Source: the human T2T-CHM13v2.0 reference genome, Homo sapiens. Taken from it: 64,000 bases of DNA. Below are positions 16,942 to 30,564 of the stretch, piece after piece. The stretch lies in NCBI RefSeq assembly GCF_009914755.1, contig NC_060936.1; one strand, 5' to 3'. The translations under genes and the position numbers were made by a program. The first letter of the stretch is position 1; every line of letters begins with the position of its first letter. A model generated the notes under the pieces. It searched no databases, was not told the DNA's origin, and saw only the letters and a program-made list of their open reading frames with translations.

Positions 16942-18879
16942 CTTCCTCCAAAAAGTGCTCCCTTAACTACTTTCTAATGTGGAAACATAGATTAAGGAAA
17001 CCATCCAGTGCCCTCAAACCACTGGGCAGAGGGGTACATTGAACTCTGTTACTATATATATTTCTGGGTATGTTCCCCAGGGTATACTAACTGCTGTAAC
17101 AACTCCAAAATCTCAGTGGTTTAACCAGTAAAGGTTTCCTTGTGCTCACGTCAGACTCCAACGTCATCAGCCTTATCTGTCCCTCTGACTCTCTCCTCCT
17201 CCCTTTCTGCCTCTTCCTCATTCCATCCCTCAGCTTTGCTTTCCTATGAGCTGGTTTTATCTTCCGGTGGACCCTCTCCGCATAATGACACTCAGAAGTT
17301 CCAAGCGTATATTGTTCTTATACCTGACAATTTCAGTGGAAAGATAGCCTCTCTATTTCCTAGTAATTCACATGCACATATGCATTGACTGGGCCTCTGG
17401 ATCAACTTGGTTTACCTGGACTTTCTGTTGTGTGGTTGCAGTATCTACACTAATTCTAGAGAGTCAACCATCATGAATTACAAGGTTCTATTGTCCCTTC
17501 TGCAGATAACCCTGTCCTCCCTCAGGCCCCAGGCTGTCTAGCTGTTGGCATCTGACATCTTTTCCCCTTCAAGGATGCCTTTAAAGTTTATTTTAATTTA
17601 TTTAATCAGAATTAAAATGTTAGGAAGGGAAGGCAAAATAAGCAGTAGGTTCTTTCCAGGTCAACAGCCTGGAATATACAGATTAGCCAGGCTGTGATAC
17701 ATGCTCAACCTTGGGTTGAAGTTTGGCGAGGCAGCCCTGTTGGAATCTGGGGATCTCCCATGGGGATCTTCCAACACACTGGACTCTCCTCTTCCCCAGG
17801 TCTCCCACTGCCAGCACAAGAGGCTGTGAAGGTGAAGAGGATACAGATTTAAGAGATTTGTATTACAGAAGTAGGATGGCAAGAACTTGAGGACCAATTG
17901 CATATGGGAAATGTTGAAGCAAAAGCAGTGAACAATGACTCAAGTTTCTGGCCCCAGGGGTCTGGATTGCAGTGCTGTTCAAGAGGTAAGAGTTACATGA
18001 GGAGAGACAACTTTGGGGTAGAAGATGCATCACTTCTAGACAAATTGTGTTCAGGTGATGTCTAGCAGATAGTTGGATATGTGAGTATGGAGGATGGGAG
18101 AGAAAGCTGAGATGAGCGGCACACTGAAGCTTTTGAGCCTCAGTTTCTTCATTCGTAAAGTAGACTTCATTTGTAAATACCCTTGCAGAGCTTTAGTGAG
18201 GATTAAATTAGCTTATGTAAAGTGCTTACACATTGTCTGACAGTAATTTTAACAATGATCATTATATGTTAATTTATAAGCTCTACAGTATGATAATAAA
18301 TGTTGGAAATTAGTGTTATAGAGAAGCTTCATCATTAAGTTAGTAAAAAATTCCTGAGACTATATAGCAAACAAATATATAAGTAGTATAACAGTAATTT
18401 AAGCCTTGCAAAAGTTTAACCCAAATAACAGTAGAAATTCATAACCAATGGGAAAGCGTTAAGTACCTAGAGAACCCAACTGAGGTAGGGTGTTTGGGAA
18501 GACGTATATCTACAGCACAAAGAGGTAAACAATTTTGTTTGCTAAGGTGGACATCTATAAGGCATTTTAAAAGAAAGTTGAAATGGTTCCTAATAAATGA
18601 CATCATTTGTTTCAATGACAATTTGTTTCAAATAAGTAAGCACTTATTTATCCTGTGCTATGCTCTTAGAGACAATTGAAAACGCCACAGTCCCTGCTCT
18701 TAAGAGACTACAGTTTGGTAGAAAGACAGTGGAAAGCAGTAACTATAGAATGTGATAGCTGCTACTTTAAAGGGATGTGCAAAGTGCTAATAGAGTATGG
18801 GAAGGTCAGGCTTTAACTTTGCTTGTGAAGAGTCATCAAAATATGTTATACTCTGGCAGTTTTTTCCTATTTATCCAGC

Positions 18880-19068
18880 CCAGTGGTTTTCAAATTTATT
18901 TGCATCAGAATTACATGGAGGACTTGTTAAAACACAGATTATGGGTCTCCTCACGCCCATAATTTCTGATTCAGTTGGTCTGACTTGGAGCTTGGGAATT
19001 TGCATTTCCAGTAAGTTGTCATGTGATGCTGAGGCATCTGGCCTGGGGACCACACTTTGAGAACCGCT
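18880..19068. mobile_element. MER5-like hAT element
   Basis: CAGTGGTTTTCAAA ... CACACTTTGAGAACCGCTG termini. Confidence 0.85.
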
Positions 19069-19401
19069 GATCTTGCCATTCACAAACAACAAATGGACGT
19101 ATCCACAGACCTCTTATTCTAGGGCTCTTCTGAGGAAAGTAGAGTAGGGAACAGAGGGCCTCAGGAGGCCTACCTACTTATTTTGCCTACCCTACTGCTT
19201 ATTTTGCCTTCCGTTTATAACATTTTAATTCTGATTAAATACATTAAAATGAACTTTAAAGGCACCCTTGAAGGGGAAAAGACGTCAGAAATAGCCAACA
19301 GCCAGACAGCCTGGAGCCAGAGAGGGGAAGGGATGTGCAGAAGGGACAAGAGAACCTCTTGTAATTCATGATGGTTGACTCCCTAGAATTGGTGTAGGTA
19401 C

Positions 19402-20115
19402 TGCAACCACACAGCGGGCTCTTCTTGCCTGCTGTCCAGATAGAACCGATTTATCAAGATGGGGAAATTGCAATAAAGAGTTTCATAAACGCAGAGCCAA
19501 GTAAATGGGAGACTGGAGTTTTATTGTTACTCAAATCAGCCATCCCCAGAGTTTGAAGGTGAGAGTTTGTTAAAGATACTTCGGCAGGCAGAAGGGTAGG
19601 GAATGGGGAATGCTGATTGGTCGGGTTAAGGATGAAATCATATGGGGTTGAAGCTGGTTTTTCTTGCTGTCTTCTGTTCCTGGATGGGATTGCAGAACTA
19701 GTTGAACCGGATTACCCTTGTGGGTGACACCAGTTGGTTCATCAGAAACATCTCTGAACACCAATGTTAGGTTTTACAATAGTGATGTTATCCACAGGAG
19801 CAATTGGGGAGGTTGGGAATACTCCTGAGCCATAATTTCTGATCTTGTAAATAATTTGTTAGTTTTACAAAGGCAGTCTGGTCCCCAGGCAAGGAGTGGT
19901 TTTGTTTCAGGGAGGGGCTGTTAGCATCTTTGTTTCAAAGTTAAACTATAAACTAAATCCCTCCCAAAGTTAATTCAACCTACACCCAGGAATGAACAAG
20001 GACACCTTGGAAGTTAGAAGCAAGATGGAGCTGGTTAGGTCAGATTTCTATCACTGTCATAATTTTCCTATGTCAGATTTTTCTCACTGTCATAATTTTT
20101 GCAAAGGCACTTTCA
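19402..20115 (-). mobile_element. ERV1 solo LTR (LTR8 family)
   Basis: TG...CA termini; the - strand begins TGAAAGTGCCTTTGCAAAAATTATGACAGTGAG as in LTR8; 4-bp TSD-like GTAC / GTAT. Confidence 0.88.
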
Positions 20116-22621
20116 GTATGTGAGCCTCAATCTTTTTGTTTGGCTGTTTTGGTTGTTTTTTGTTGAGGAGGGGAGGCAAGGCAGAGAAAGCTGTGTCACA
20201 CCTTTTTAATGTTAATCTTGGCCACCTTTTTTTTTTTTTTTAAATACTCAGCCACTAGTCACTGTGGAGGACTCTGTCCATTGCTTAAGGCATTGTGTGT
20301 TGAGGGAGTCAGTAAAGAATTGTCTTAAATTCTTGTCCAGCTGTGTGCCTCTGGCCTTGGAATGACAGTTTCTTAGACACTCCTGGCTCCTGGCTGACTT
20401 TAAGGCAATGCTTCTCACATTTACTCCTGTCCAGGAGGAAACCTGTTACATTTTACCTTGGGGGTAAATACATGAAATAAATGTACTTTTTTTTTTTTTT
20501 TTTTTTTACAAAACTACACTAAAATGGGATGCCTAGATTACATAAACTTAAAACTTACTAGAGCCCTTGAAAATTTTATTCAATACTTTGTTGACTGAGC
20601 AATCACCCAAAAGGCTTCCCATCTACCAGAAGGGACATGTAGACCAATATCACATAATTAGCTGATGATTAAATTATTTGGCAGCCCATGAATGTTCAGT
20701 TTGATTTAGCAAAGGTCAAGCAAAACACAGTTGTAGTGTCTGAAATATCTATTCTTGAGGGAGAAAATGGACACATAGATTATATGTAAAATAATTAAAA
20801 CTTATGGAGTAAAAAGACACTATTTCTTTGTAGTAACGTATTAGTAGCAGATTGCTTTTTAAATTTTTTTTCTGTTTGTAAAAGAACTTTACATTCATTT
20901 TTGGAAAATTCAGGATTATATAAAGGTGCTAAGAAGAAAATAAAAATCACCTAATAAAAAATTTTACCACCTAGTGAAAAACCATAGTCAACACTTGAGT
21001 AGTCTTTCTCTTTTTTCAAGGCCTTTATATTCTAATGACTTTTTTAAAGTTAGAATCCTACTGTTTAATACAAAAAAGAATAATAAAATTGTACAAAGTA
21101 ATGCGTATATTGGTTAAAAGTCAGATAGCATTTGAAGTCATAAAATTACAAAAAAAAAAAATAGTCCCCACCTTAGCCCTAATTCTTGTTCTCCAGAGCA
21201 ACCACTTATACCTTTTTTTAGCTGATTATCATATTTATAGTTATGTTTCTAAGTATACTTTTATTGTCACTTCATGAATGGCCCAGAATGAGTATAGAAT
21301 AGGAAGTCAACAATTCATTTAAATATTTCTTTATTATGAAGCATTTAGGATGTCGGAAAGTTTTGCTATTGTGGGTAATATGACAGCTAACATCCCTTCT
21401 AGACACACACATGCTGTACACCTCTCTCCTGTTGTTTAGAATGAATTTCTTGGAGTGCAATTGCCAAATCAAAATTGCCCAATTGCCATAAAAAACAGTT
21501 TGCATTCAGCATTCTTTCCAGAGTTAATTTTATGTGGTTAAATATGTTGATATTTCTTGCCTAATTTCTTTGTTGTTATGCTTAGGAGGGAAAACTTCTC
21601 CACCCCAAGATCAAATAAACACACACCTCAGTTTCCTTCTAGGTGTCCTGTGGTTTCGTAGTTTATACTAAAGTCTTTGATCTAGCTGAAGTTTATTTTG
21701 GCCTCTAATAAGATACAGGAGTCTATTTTTCTTTCCAAAATATTATGCCCTTTCTCCACAACTCTTCAATGACTAGTCCTTTCTTTTCCCACTGATTCGA
21801 AATGTTGCCATTACCATCGATTAAGTTCTTGTATATTCTGGTACTCGTTTTGAAATGAAGTAATGGTGGTGGTGGGCAGGGAGTTGAATTAATGTGATTG
21901 TCTGTTCTTTCACCAGTACCAAGCTGTTTAAGTTAATAAACACAGTAGAGTTTGATACTGATCTTTCCATTATGTGATAGTATATCACTTTTTCTTCTCT
22001 TATTTTCTGAAAAGTGTTCAAACTATAAAATATAGTTCTATATATTTTGTTTATAAAATATAAGAAAACAGAGGGAATAGTGGCTTTTTCTGACTTTAAC
22101 ATTTCCTTTTAAAGTTTTTAATTTATCAGACTACCCATCAATGAGGCAGGAGAATTGCTCGAACCCAGGAGGTTCCACTGTGTTAGAACCAAACTTTCAG
22201 AAACAGTTTGGCTGTGTTAGCATTCCTTTAAACTTTTGTTATATACAGAAATCTAATTCCAACATGTTTATTCTTGGAACCATCTGCCCAATGCTACAAT
22301 CTGAATTCTCTTGCGTTGTTGAAATTTTGAGGGAATAAGAATAAAATCGAACCTTTATTAAATACTTACCGTGGCTGGCACAGTTCCTAAGCCTATTACA
22401 CGTATTAATGTAAGCCTCCTAAGAATCCTGAAGATAAATGCTGGTATTATCCCCCATTTTACACACAAGCAAACTGGGGCTTAAGAGTTAAGTAACTTAA
22501 CAAGGTTACCCCACCGCTCATAAGCAGTGGAGTTAGAATCCAGACCCGAGCAGCTCGATGCATGCTCTCAACTGTGATTTTGATAAACCTTTGATTTATT
22601 GTGTGCTCTCGGGGACCCTAA

Positions 22622-23990
<1,369 letters not shown>

Positions 23991-24871
23991 TCCATCTCAG
24001 TTGCTGAAGCACGTGTCGTACTTATTTTGGAAAAAAAATACATTAGAAACTTTTAACAAATGCCATGAAATACATTTTGAAAACCTTAGGAAATTTCTTG
24101 AAATATGTAGTATGAAAATTGTATTTGTAAATCATTACTCAGTTCAGCATTGTAAATATGAGAGGCTAATTTATACAACTATATAAGAAGAAATGGGAGA
24201 CAGAAAAAAAGAACCATCCCTGTTCATATTTAAAAGAGGGATAGCATTTGTACCATATCCTCTCTACATCTCCAGCAGGTGCAGCTAAAGAAATATCACG
24301 TTTTTCTTGTTGAACCCAAAGTGGGCTTCAGAACCCTTTTCAACACAGAGCTCCAGGCAACCATTCATGATCAACTGAGGTGACACATGACATGAAATCT
24401 ATTTGTCATTATGTCTTCAAAAACACTTCCAAAAGCATATTCATTAAAGCAGAATTCTCCAAACATGTCACGTTGAAAAACAGTCATAGCTGCAGATTCA
24501 CAATGATTACAAGCATATTAAACTCATTGAGAAATCCTCCCAGACAAATTCTTTCACTGATTAATCCTCATTTTTTATATTGATTTGTCCACAGAACCAT
24601 TTTTGTTATATTGTTTCTATTAAAATACTATGAAATTAGATTTGTATGAAATAGTATTATTGAAGCAGTTCTCCAGTATTTGCTACAGAATGGCCATTTA
24701 TAACATTGGTGTCAGTTCTCTGGAAAATGTTAGTCAACTTTATTCTACATCGTAACTATCTTGTGGAATTTGGTCTCCACAAAAATGTATAATTTTTAAA
24801 GGTTAAAAAACAGGAAAAAAATAAACATACACGTACACACATATAGACGTGTGTGTGTGTGTATGCTAGCA

Positions 24872-25169
24872 TTTTCAGGAATACAAAGCAGCTAAAAAAG
24901 ATCCATTCTCTTTTATCACTAGATTTAGAGGATTGGTCGCTAACAAAACAAGAAGGAAAAATTAACAGCATAAGAGTACAGCTGCAAAGTTGACTAATAT
25001 TATCTGTGGCAGCTTAAGGAGAAAACAATGTAGTCATTCCTCAGCTATGGAAACAATCCAAACTTATATAAATAGAAAGAGGACATCTTAAGGGAGGGGG
25101 CTACCTCTAAGTCAAATAAGAGGGCATCTGCTCTAGAGATGGGATGTCCCACACCATGGGCAGATGCAG
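24872..25169 (+). repeat. Local direct duplication, copy 1 (~295 bp)
   Basis: Collinear exact anchors with 26245-26528, e.g. TATCTGTGGCAGCTTAAGGAGAAAA (25001 vs 26359) and TGTCCCACACCATGGGCAG (25145 vs 26504). Confidence 0.93.
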
Positions 25170-25174
25170 ATGTG

Positions 25175-25177
<3 letters not shown>

Positions 25178-25212
<35 letters not shown>
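25178..25212. repeat. (AC)~17 microsatellite
   Basis: Read directly from sequence. Confidence 0.97.
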
Positions 25213-25217
<5 letters not shown>

Positions 25218-25586
25218 CATATTCTCAACCAGGAATGAACATTGCAAAAGTGTCAGGAGAAAGGAAATTCTAAAACTCTACCCAACTTTTAGTGATTATT
25301 TTAAACTATAATTATTAAAAATATTGAAAAACTAAGCCACAAAAGGAATGAAGTCATTATTAATTGGATATCTAGCTGGTGTTTTACACAAATGAGGAAT
25401 CATGGCTGCTTAGGCCTACTGCCTAGAGGCCGTTCTTCCTTTAACTCTAGATTATGTGTTTACATAGATACAGTTTTGGTGAACATTTATTATTAAAATA
25501 TTTCTTCTCAAGAGGTCATAGAAAATAAGCAAAGTTATTAAAAATCATACCAACAGTTGCCCTGAACGTGCAAGATTGCAAAACAT

Positions 25587-25667
25587 TTTTTGGAGACATG
25601 GTCTGGCTCTGTCACCCAGGCTGGAGTGCGGTGGTGCCATCTCAGCTCACTGCAACTCCCACCTCCC
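25587..25667 (-). mobile_element. Severely 5'-truncated Alu (~80 bp)
   Basis: Alu 3' end with short T-tail, flanked by TSD TGCAAAACAT (25577, 25670). Confidence 0.88.
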
Positions 25668-25833
25668 TGTGCAAAACATCTTAAAGCTTAATGTTTTCCA
25701 ACCTCAGATGTGTGGCCACAAGAACAACCATTAGAGAGTAACATGCTATGTGGTTCTGAAAAATAAAGAGCTGATTTCTGAAACATAACCTAGCGCCAAA
25801 ACAGAATCCATCAAAAATAAATGTTGGAATCTA

Positions 25834-26015
25834 CAGTGGTTCCTAATATGTGGTCCTGAGACTGATAACATTAGTGTCACCTGGGAGCTTGTCAGGAATG
25901 CAAATTCCTGCGCCCCACCTGAGCCCACTGAATCAGAAACTCTGAATATGGGGCCCAGAAACATTTAATAGGCCCTCTACGTGATTCCGAGACACGCTAC
26001 TGTTAGAGAACTATT
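25834..26015. mobile_element. MER5A-like
   Basis: CAGTGGTTCCT ... GGAGCTTGTCAGGAATGCAAATTC ... CTGAATCAGAAACTCTG. Confidence 0.85.
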
Positions 26016-26244
26016 GCTTGCTTTGTGTCTGGTATTAGCTTGGTCCATTTTATCTAGACTGGTTGAGGCTTCTTATTCTTTGTGATCTTAGTAATAATAG
26101 AATTTCCCCACATTTGAAGAGCAAAATACAGAGACAGCTTTCCAAATATAACATCTAATGAGCTGTCGAACAATGACCCTCCTTCTGTAGCAAAATTGAG
26201 TACAGAAGTTGTCTATGTATCTTTAGAACACAAAAAGAAGATAT

Positions 26245-26528
26245 GTTTCAGGAAAACAAACCAACTGAAAAAGATCCATTCTTTTTTATCACTGGATTTA
26301 GACAATTAGTTTATTTAAAAAAACAAGAAGAAAAAAATACTGCAAAGTTGACTAGTAATATCTGTGGCAGCTTAAGGAGAAAATAAGGTAGCCATTCCCC
26401 AGCTATGGAAATAGTCCAAACTTATATAAATAGAGGACATTTTAAGGGAAGGGGGTACTGTAAGTCAAATAAGAGAGCATGTTTGCTCTAGAGATGGAAG
26501 GGGTGTCCCACACCATGGGCAGCTGCAG
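26245..26528 (+). repeat. Local direct duplication, copy 2
   Basis: See copy 1 (24872-25169). Confidence 0.93.
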
Positions 26529-26805
26529 TGACTGAGGGAGTGTCTGTAGGAAGCTGTCTGCTACACGAGGCGGCACCTGCTACCAGGCCATGGAAGGTTC
26601 CACTCACAACCACCACCTTCCAAGGGGCTCCTGAAATCTCCCTGTCCTCTTGGAGACCTTCACATTCTCTTTCATAGCAGGGTAAACTGTGCTGAGAAGC
26701 TGGGGTTCCCTAGCCAGGCACGTTTTATACTCCTGGGTAATGTTCCCATTTTGAAGGGTTTCAGATGACTTCAGTTTTCAGATGACAGTGACACATTTTC
26801 TAGAG

Positions 26806-27066
26806 CAGGGTTTCTCTACCTTGGCACTACTGACATTTGTATAATTCTTTAATTATACATCCTGTATAATTCTTTGCTGTGGGAGCCTGTCCGGTGCACT
26901 GTTGGCTGTTTAGCTGCATCCCTGGCCTCTATCCACTAGATGGCAGCAGCAACCCCCCCCCCCCCCCCCCCGCAATTGTGACAACCAAAAATGTCTGCAG
27001 ACAGGGCTGAATGTCCTCTGGGAGGGTGGGGTGCAAAATCCCCGCCCCCATAATGAAGAACCCCTA
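26806..27066. mobile_element. MER20 hAT element with a C19 tract
   Basis: CTTGGCACTACTGACATTT ... GCATCCCTGGCCTCTATCCACTAGATG ... GTGACAACCAAAAATGTCT. Confidence 0.9.
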
Positions 27067-27559
27067 CTCTAAACTCTAAAGAGGTAGTTTTCCTTTCTTT
27101 CTGTCAAAAGGGGCAGGAAAAAAACATTCTCCTGTTTGTTCTTTATCTTCATTGATGCCACCACTCATCTGATTCCTATTTTGCTTTGTTACCTCTCTCT
27201 CTCTCTCTCTCTCCCCCCCATCCCCCATCTCTCTCCTCTCTGTCTCTGTCTCTCTCTCTCTTTCTCTCTCTCACTCTTCTTCTTTCCCTACCCAGACTGG
27301 TCCAAGGTTATCACTTCACTTACTCTGACAATGTTCTCAACCTCCTGGCCCCATTATCTTTGGCTCTAGTGACTCCAAAAATTCCCACCTCTGGGTCAGT
27401 TCAGCTCTCTGGTGGCCCCATTTCTACACTAGAGATACCAGGCATCTCTGGAGAAAGTCACAGTTCTGTATAAATTCATGGTCTCCCACCAATGAGCCTC
27501 AGTGAGGCAGCGTGGGGTTCTTGTTTCTCTTCACCCACTTCGATCTTTTCCATTCCTAC

Positions 27560-27924
27560 TGTCTTAGTCCATTTGGGCTGCTATAACAAAAATACCATAG
27601 ACTAGATTGCTTAAACAACAAACATTTATTTCACACAGTCTGGAGGCTGAGACATCTAAAATCAAGATACTCTCAGATTCAGTATCTGATGAAGGTTCCA
27701 CTTCCTGGTTCATAGACAACTGTCTTCCTGCTGTGTCCTCACATGATAGAAAAGGAGAAAGGTTGCTCTCTGAGACCCCTTTTATGAAGGCACTAATCCC
27801 ATTCACAAGGGCTCCACCCTCATGACCTAATCACCTCCCAAATGTCCCACCTCCTAATACCATCACAGTGGGGGTTAGGATTTCAACATATGAATCAGGA
27901 AACACAAACATTCAGTCTGCAGCA
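27560..27924 (-). mobile_element. MLT1A-like MaLR LTR
   Basis: TGTCTTAGTCCATTTGGGCTGCTATAACAAAATACC ... AACATTCAGTCTGCAGCA. Confidence 0.88.
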
Positions 27925-28791
27925 CTCACCTTGGGTGGGGAGCTCATCAGTATTAACAACACAAAGGTTGCTTTGTCTGTTTTGTTTTGGTTTGGTTTTA
28001 CCTTATTAATACTGCACTTTGGAGAATGGAAAGTGTAGGGGATGGGTGGGAACCATATGGAAAACTAAGGAGTGACCAACCAGATGGATCCACATTTGTC
28101 CTGCCAGAATGCAGCCAGGAACAATCCTTCCTCCAGCCCTGACCATGGTGGGGGCATTCACAGGATGGGTCTAGCAGAAGAGGAGAGGGGTAGAAAAGAA
28201 AAGAGGAAGAAATGAAAAGAAGAAAACAAAAGAAAGGAAAGACTGAGGGAGGTCAGGGAAATAATGAGCTTCCGGGTGCCTAGCTAAGGTTGACTCTGTA
28301 TGAATTTAAAAGTAATGAGATGGATCAAGTAAAGGAATGCTCCATCCACTCCATCCACTTGACCCAGATGGATCAAGTAAAGGAAAGCTCCGTCCACTGA
28401 CCCCCAGGTATGTTCCTGGTGAGCTAGCTAAGAGTAAGGTGGTAAGATAGTGCCCCTCCTGGTAATGGGCTAGATATAGATACATAGGGCATGACAGTAA
28501 GGCTACATATATTTATGAAGCCAGTTGTCTTGCCCATTCCCTATTAACAGCAATTTCAGACTTTTTCACTCTCTTCAAACTTTCCATGTCACCACATTGC
28601 CCTTACAAAAGATGACTATGCATATCACTTCGCCATGTTCACCATCAAAGTACAGCAGAAACCCCCTTATGGGATGTGGTTGGGACTACACATTGTTACA
28701 TTAGCTGAAAAGGCTTATTAAAGCAGGAAATCACCAAAAAAGAAACATATATATGATGTAGACATTTTATTTTAACTTAAAACATAAGTGG

Positions 28792-28955
28792 GGCTGGGTG
28801 CATTATCTCACACCTGTAATTCCAGCACTTTGGGAGGCTGAGGCGGGAGGATCACTTGAGCCCAGGAGTTCGAGGCTACAGTGAGCTATGATGGTGCTAC
28901 CGTACTCCAGCCTGGGTGACAGAGAAAGACCTTGTCTCAAAAAACAAAAACAAAA
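28792..28955 (+). mobile_element. Alu monomer (FLAM/FRAM)
   Basis: Single arm; TSD AAAACATAAGTGGG / AAAACATAGTGGG. Confidence 0.88.
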
Positions 28956-29379
28956 CATAGTGGGCATCCATTTGTTAATCATCTGAGTTAGAGCCAACAC
29001 CTTTTGGAGAAGGTCCATAAATTGGAGTTCTGCAAAAATAATGGCAATGATTTATCATTGACGATGTCCAATTTGGACTTTTTAGGTAAAGCAATACAGG
29101 TGAAAGCAATTTTGGGTTTTTTTTTTAATCCAAACTTTTATGGTTGATTTTGCCCACACCTACTTTGACCCAAAAAAGTAGCAACTCACCTTTTAAAGGA
29201 TTTTCCCAAAGCGTAGATTTCATTTAGTTTGATTTTATTTCACTCGATTTTATTTTAAATTGATTCCTTCAGCTCACATTGTTAAATATTATAAGTACAA
29301 CTGGCATGAACAGTTCACAAAGGGAAGGGGGTTCTTTAGGGGAAAGAATCTATGCACAGAGCTCTCCTGCCATAAATCA

Positions 29380-30290
29380 GTTTCCTTTTCCTAAACTACC
29401 AGTTCACCTGCATGCGCAGCTCCAGCCTACTTCCTGTCAATATGGAAGAGAGCTCCTTTTGTCCAAAGACCCCTTCACCTGGGCTCTGTATCTGATTTCC
29501 CCTCAACACCTCAGTCTGTCTCCCTCTTTTGTATCTTCAACATCTCCCTCTTTTCTAAATCCTTCCCTTGTGCATTTAAACCTGCTCTGTTTACTCTGAT
29601 CACAAACACAATCATCCTTAGGCCCCATGTCTTTCTCCAGTGACCACCCTCCTCTTCACAGTTGGGTTTTTATAAGACTTGCCTACACTCCCGGGCTTCC
29701 TGCTTTCACTTCTCCAATTCACTTCTTGTCTCACCTCCTCCACTGAAATGCTTCTCTTCAAGGTCACCACTGACCTCTTGGTGTTCTTTAACATTTATTT
29801 CTCTGGAATGTTAGTCACTGCAGACCACTTCTTCCCTTTCTTGAATCTTCCTCCCTCAGCTTCTGTGATATCTCACTCCTGGTTTTCCTTTAACCCGCTG
29901 GCCATTCAAATGTCAGAGTTCCTTTAGGCTTCATCCTAGGGCTGCTTTCTACTTGCTTTATTTTCTGTGGTTTCATCCACTCCTATAGCTTTACTACCAT
30001 TAATTGATGATAACTCTCAAACCTATGATTCCATCCTGATCTTCTCCTTAGCTCCAGAGCAATGCAGCCGACAGCCTACTGGTCATATCTGTTAATATGT
30101 TCCAGGGAGAACTTAACCTCAACCTGTCCAAAGTGCAATTCATCACTTTGCCTTTCTTCCCTAACCTGCTTTTCCTCTATTGTCCTTATTTTTCTGAAGG
30201 GTACCGATATTTGCCCATTTTCCAAACCAGGAACCTGGAAGACATCATTCACTCATCTCTCCTTCTTACTCTATACATCTGATCAACTAC
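29380..30290 (+). mobile_element. L2 ORF2 remnant (further pieces at ~27300-27560 and ~38700-39760)
   Basis: Pyrimidine-rich sequence encoding an L2 RT-like motif (SSTEMLLFKVTTDL); L2 3' end near 39700-39760. Confidence 0.8.
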
Positions 30291-30343
30291 ATTAGTCATT
30301 CATTCAACAAACATTCATCTATCTGTATCAATCCTTTACATGT

Positions 30344-30564
<221 letters not shown>

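Noticed and set aside
20040-20100. Direct repeat TCAGATTT..TCACTGTCATAATTTT in the LTR
   Set aside because: Similar duplications occur near LTR8-family termini, so probably inherited from the element
27195-27290. CT-rich tract as an H-DNA element
   Set aside because: Ordinary degenerate (CT)n low-complexity sequence
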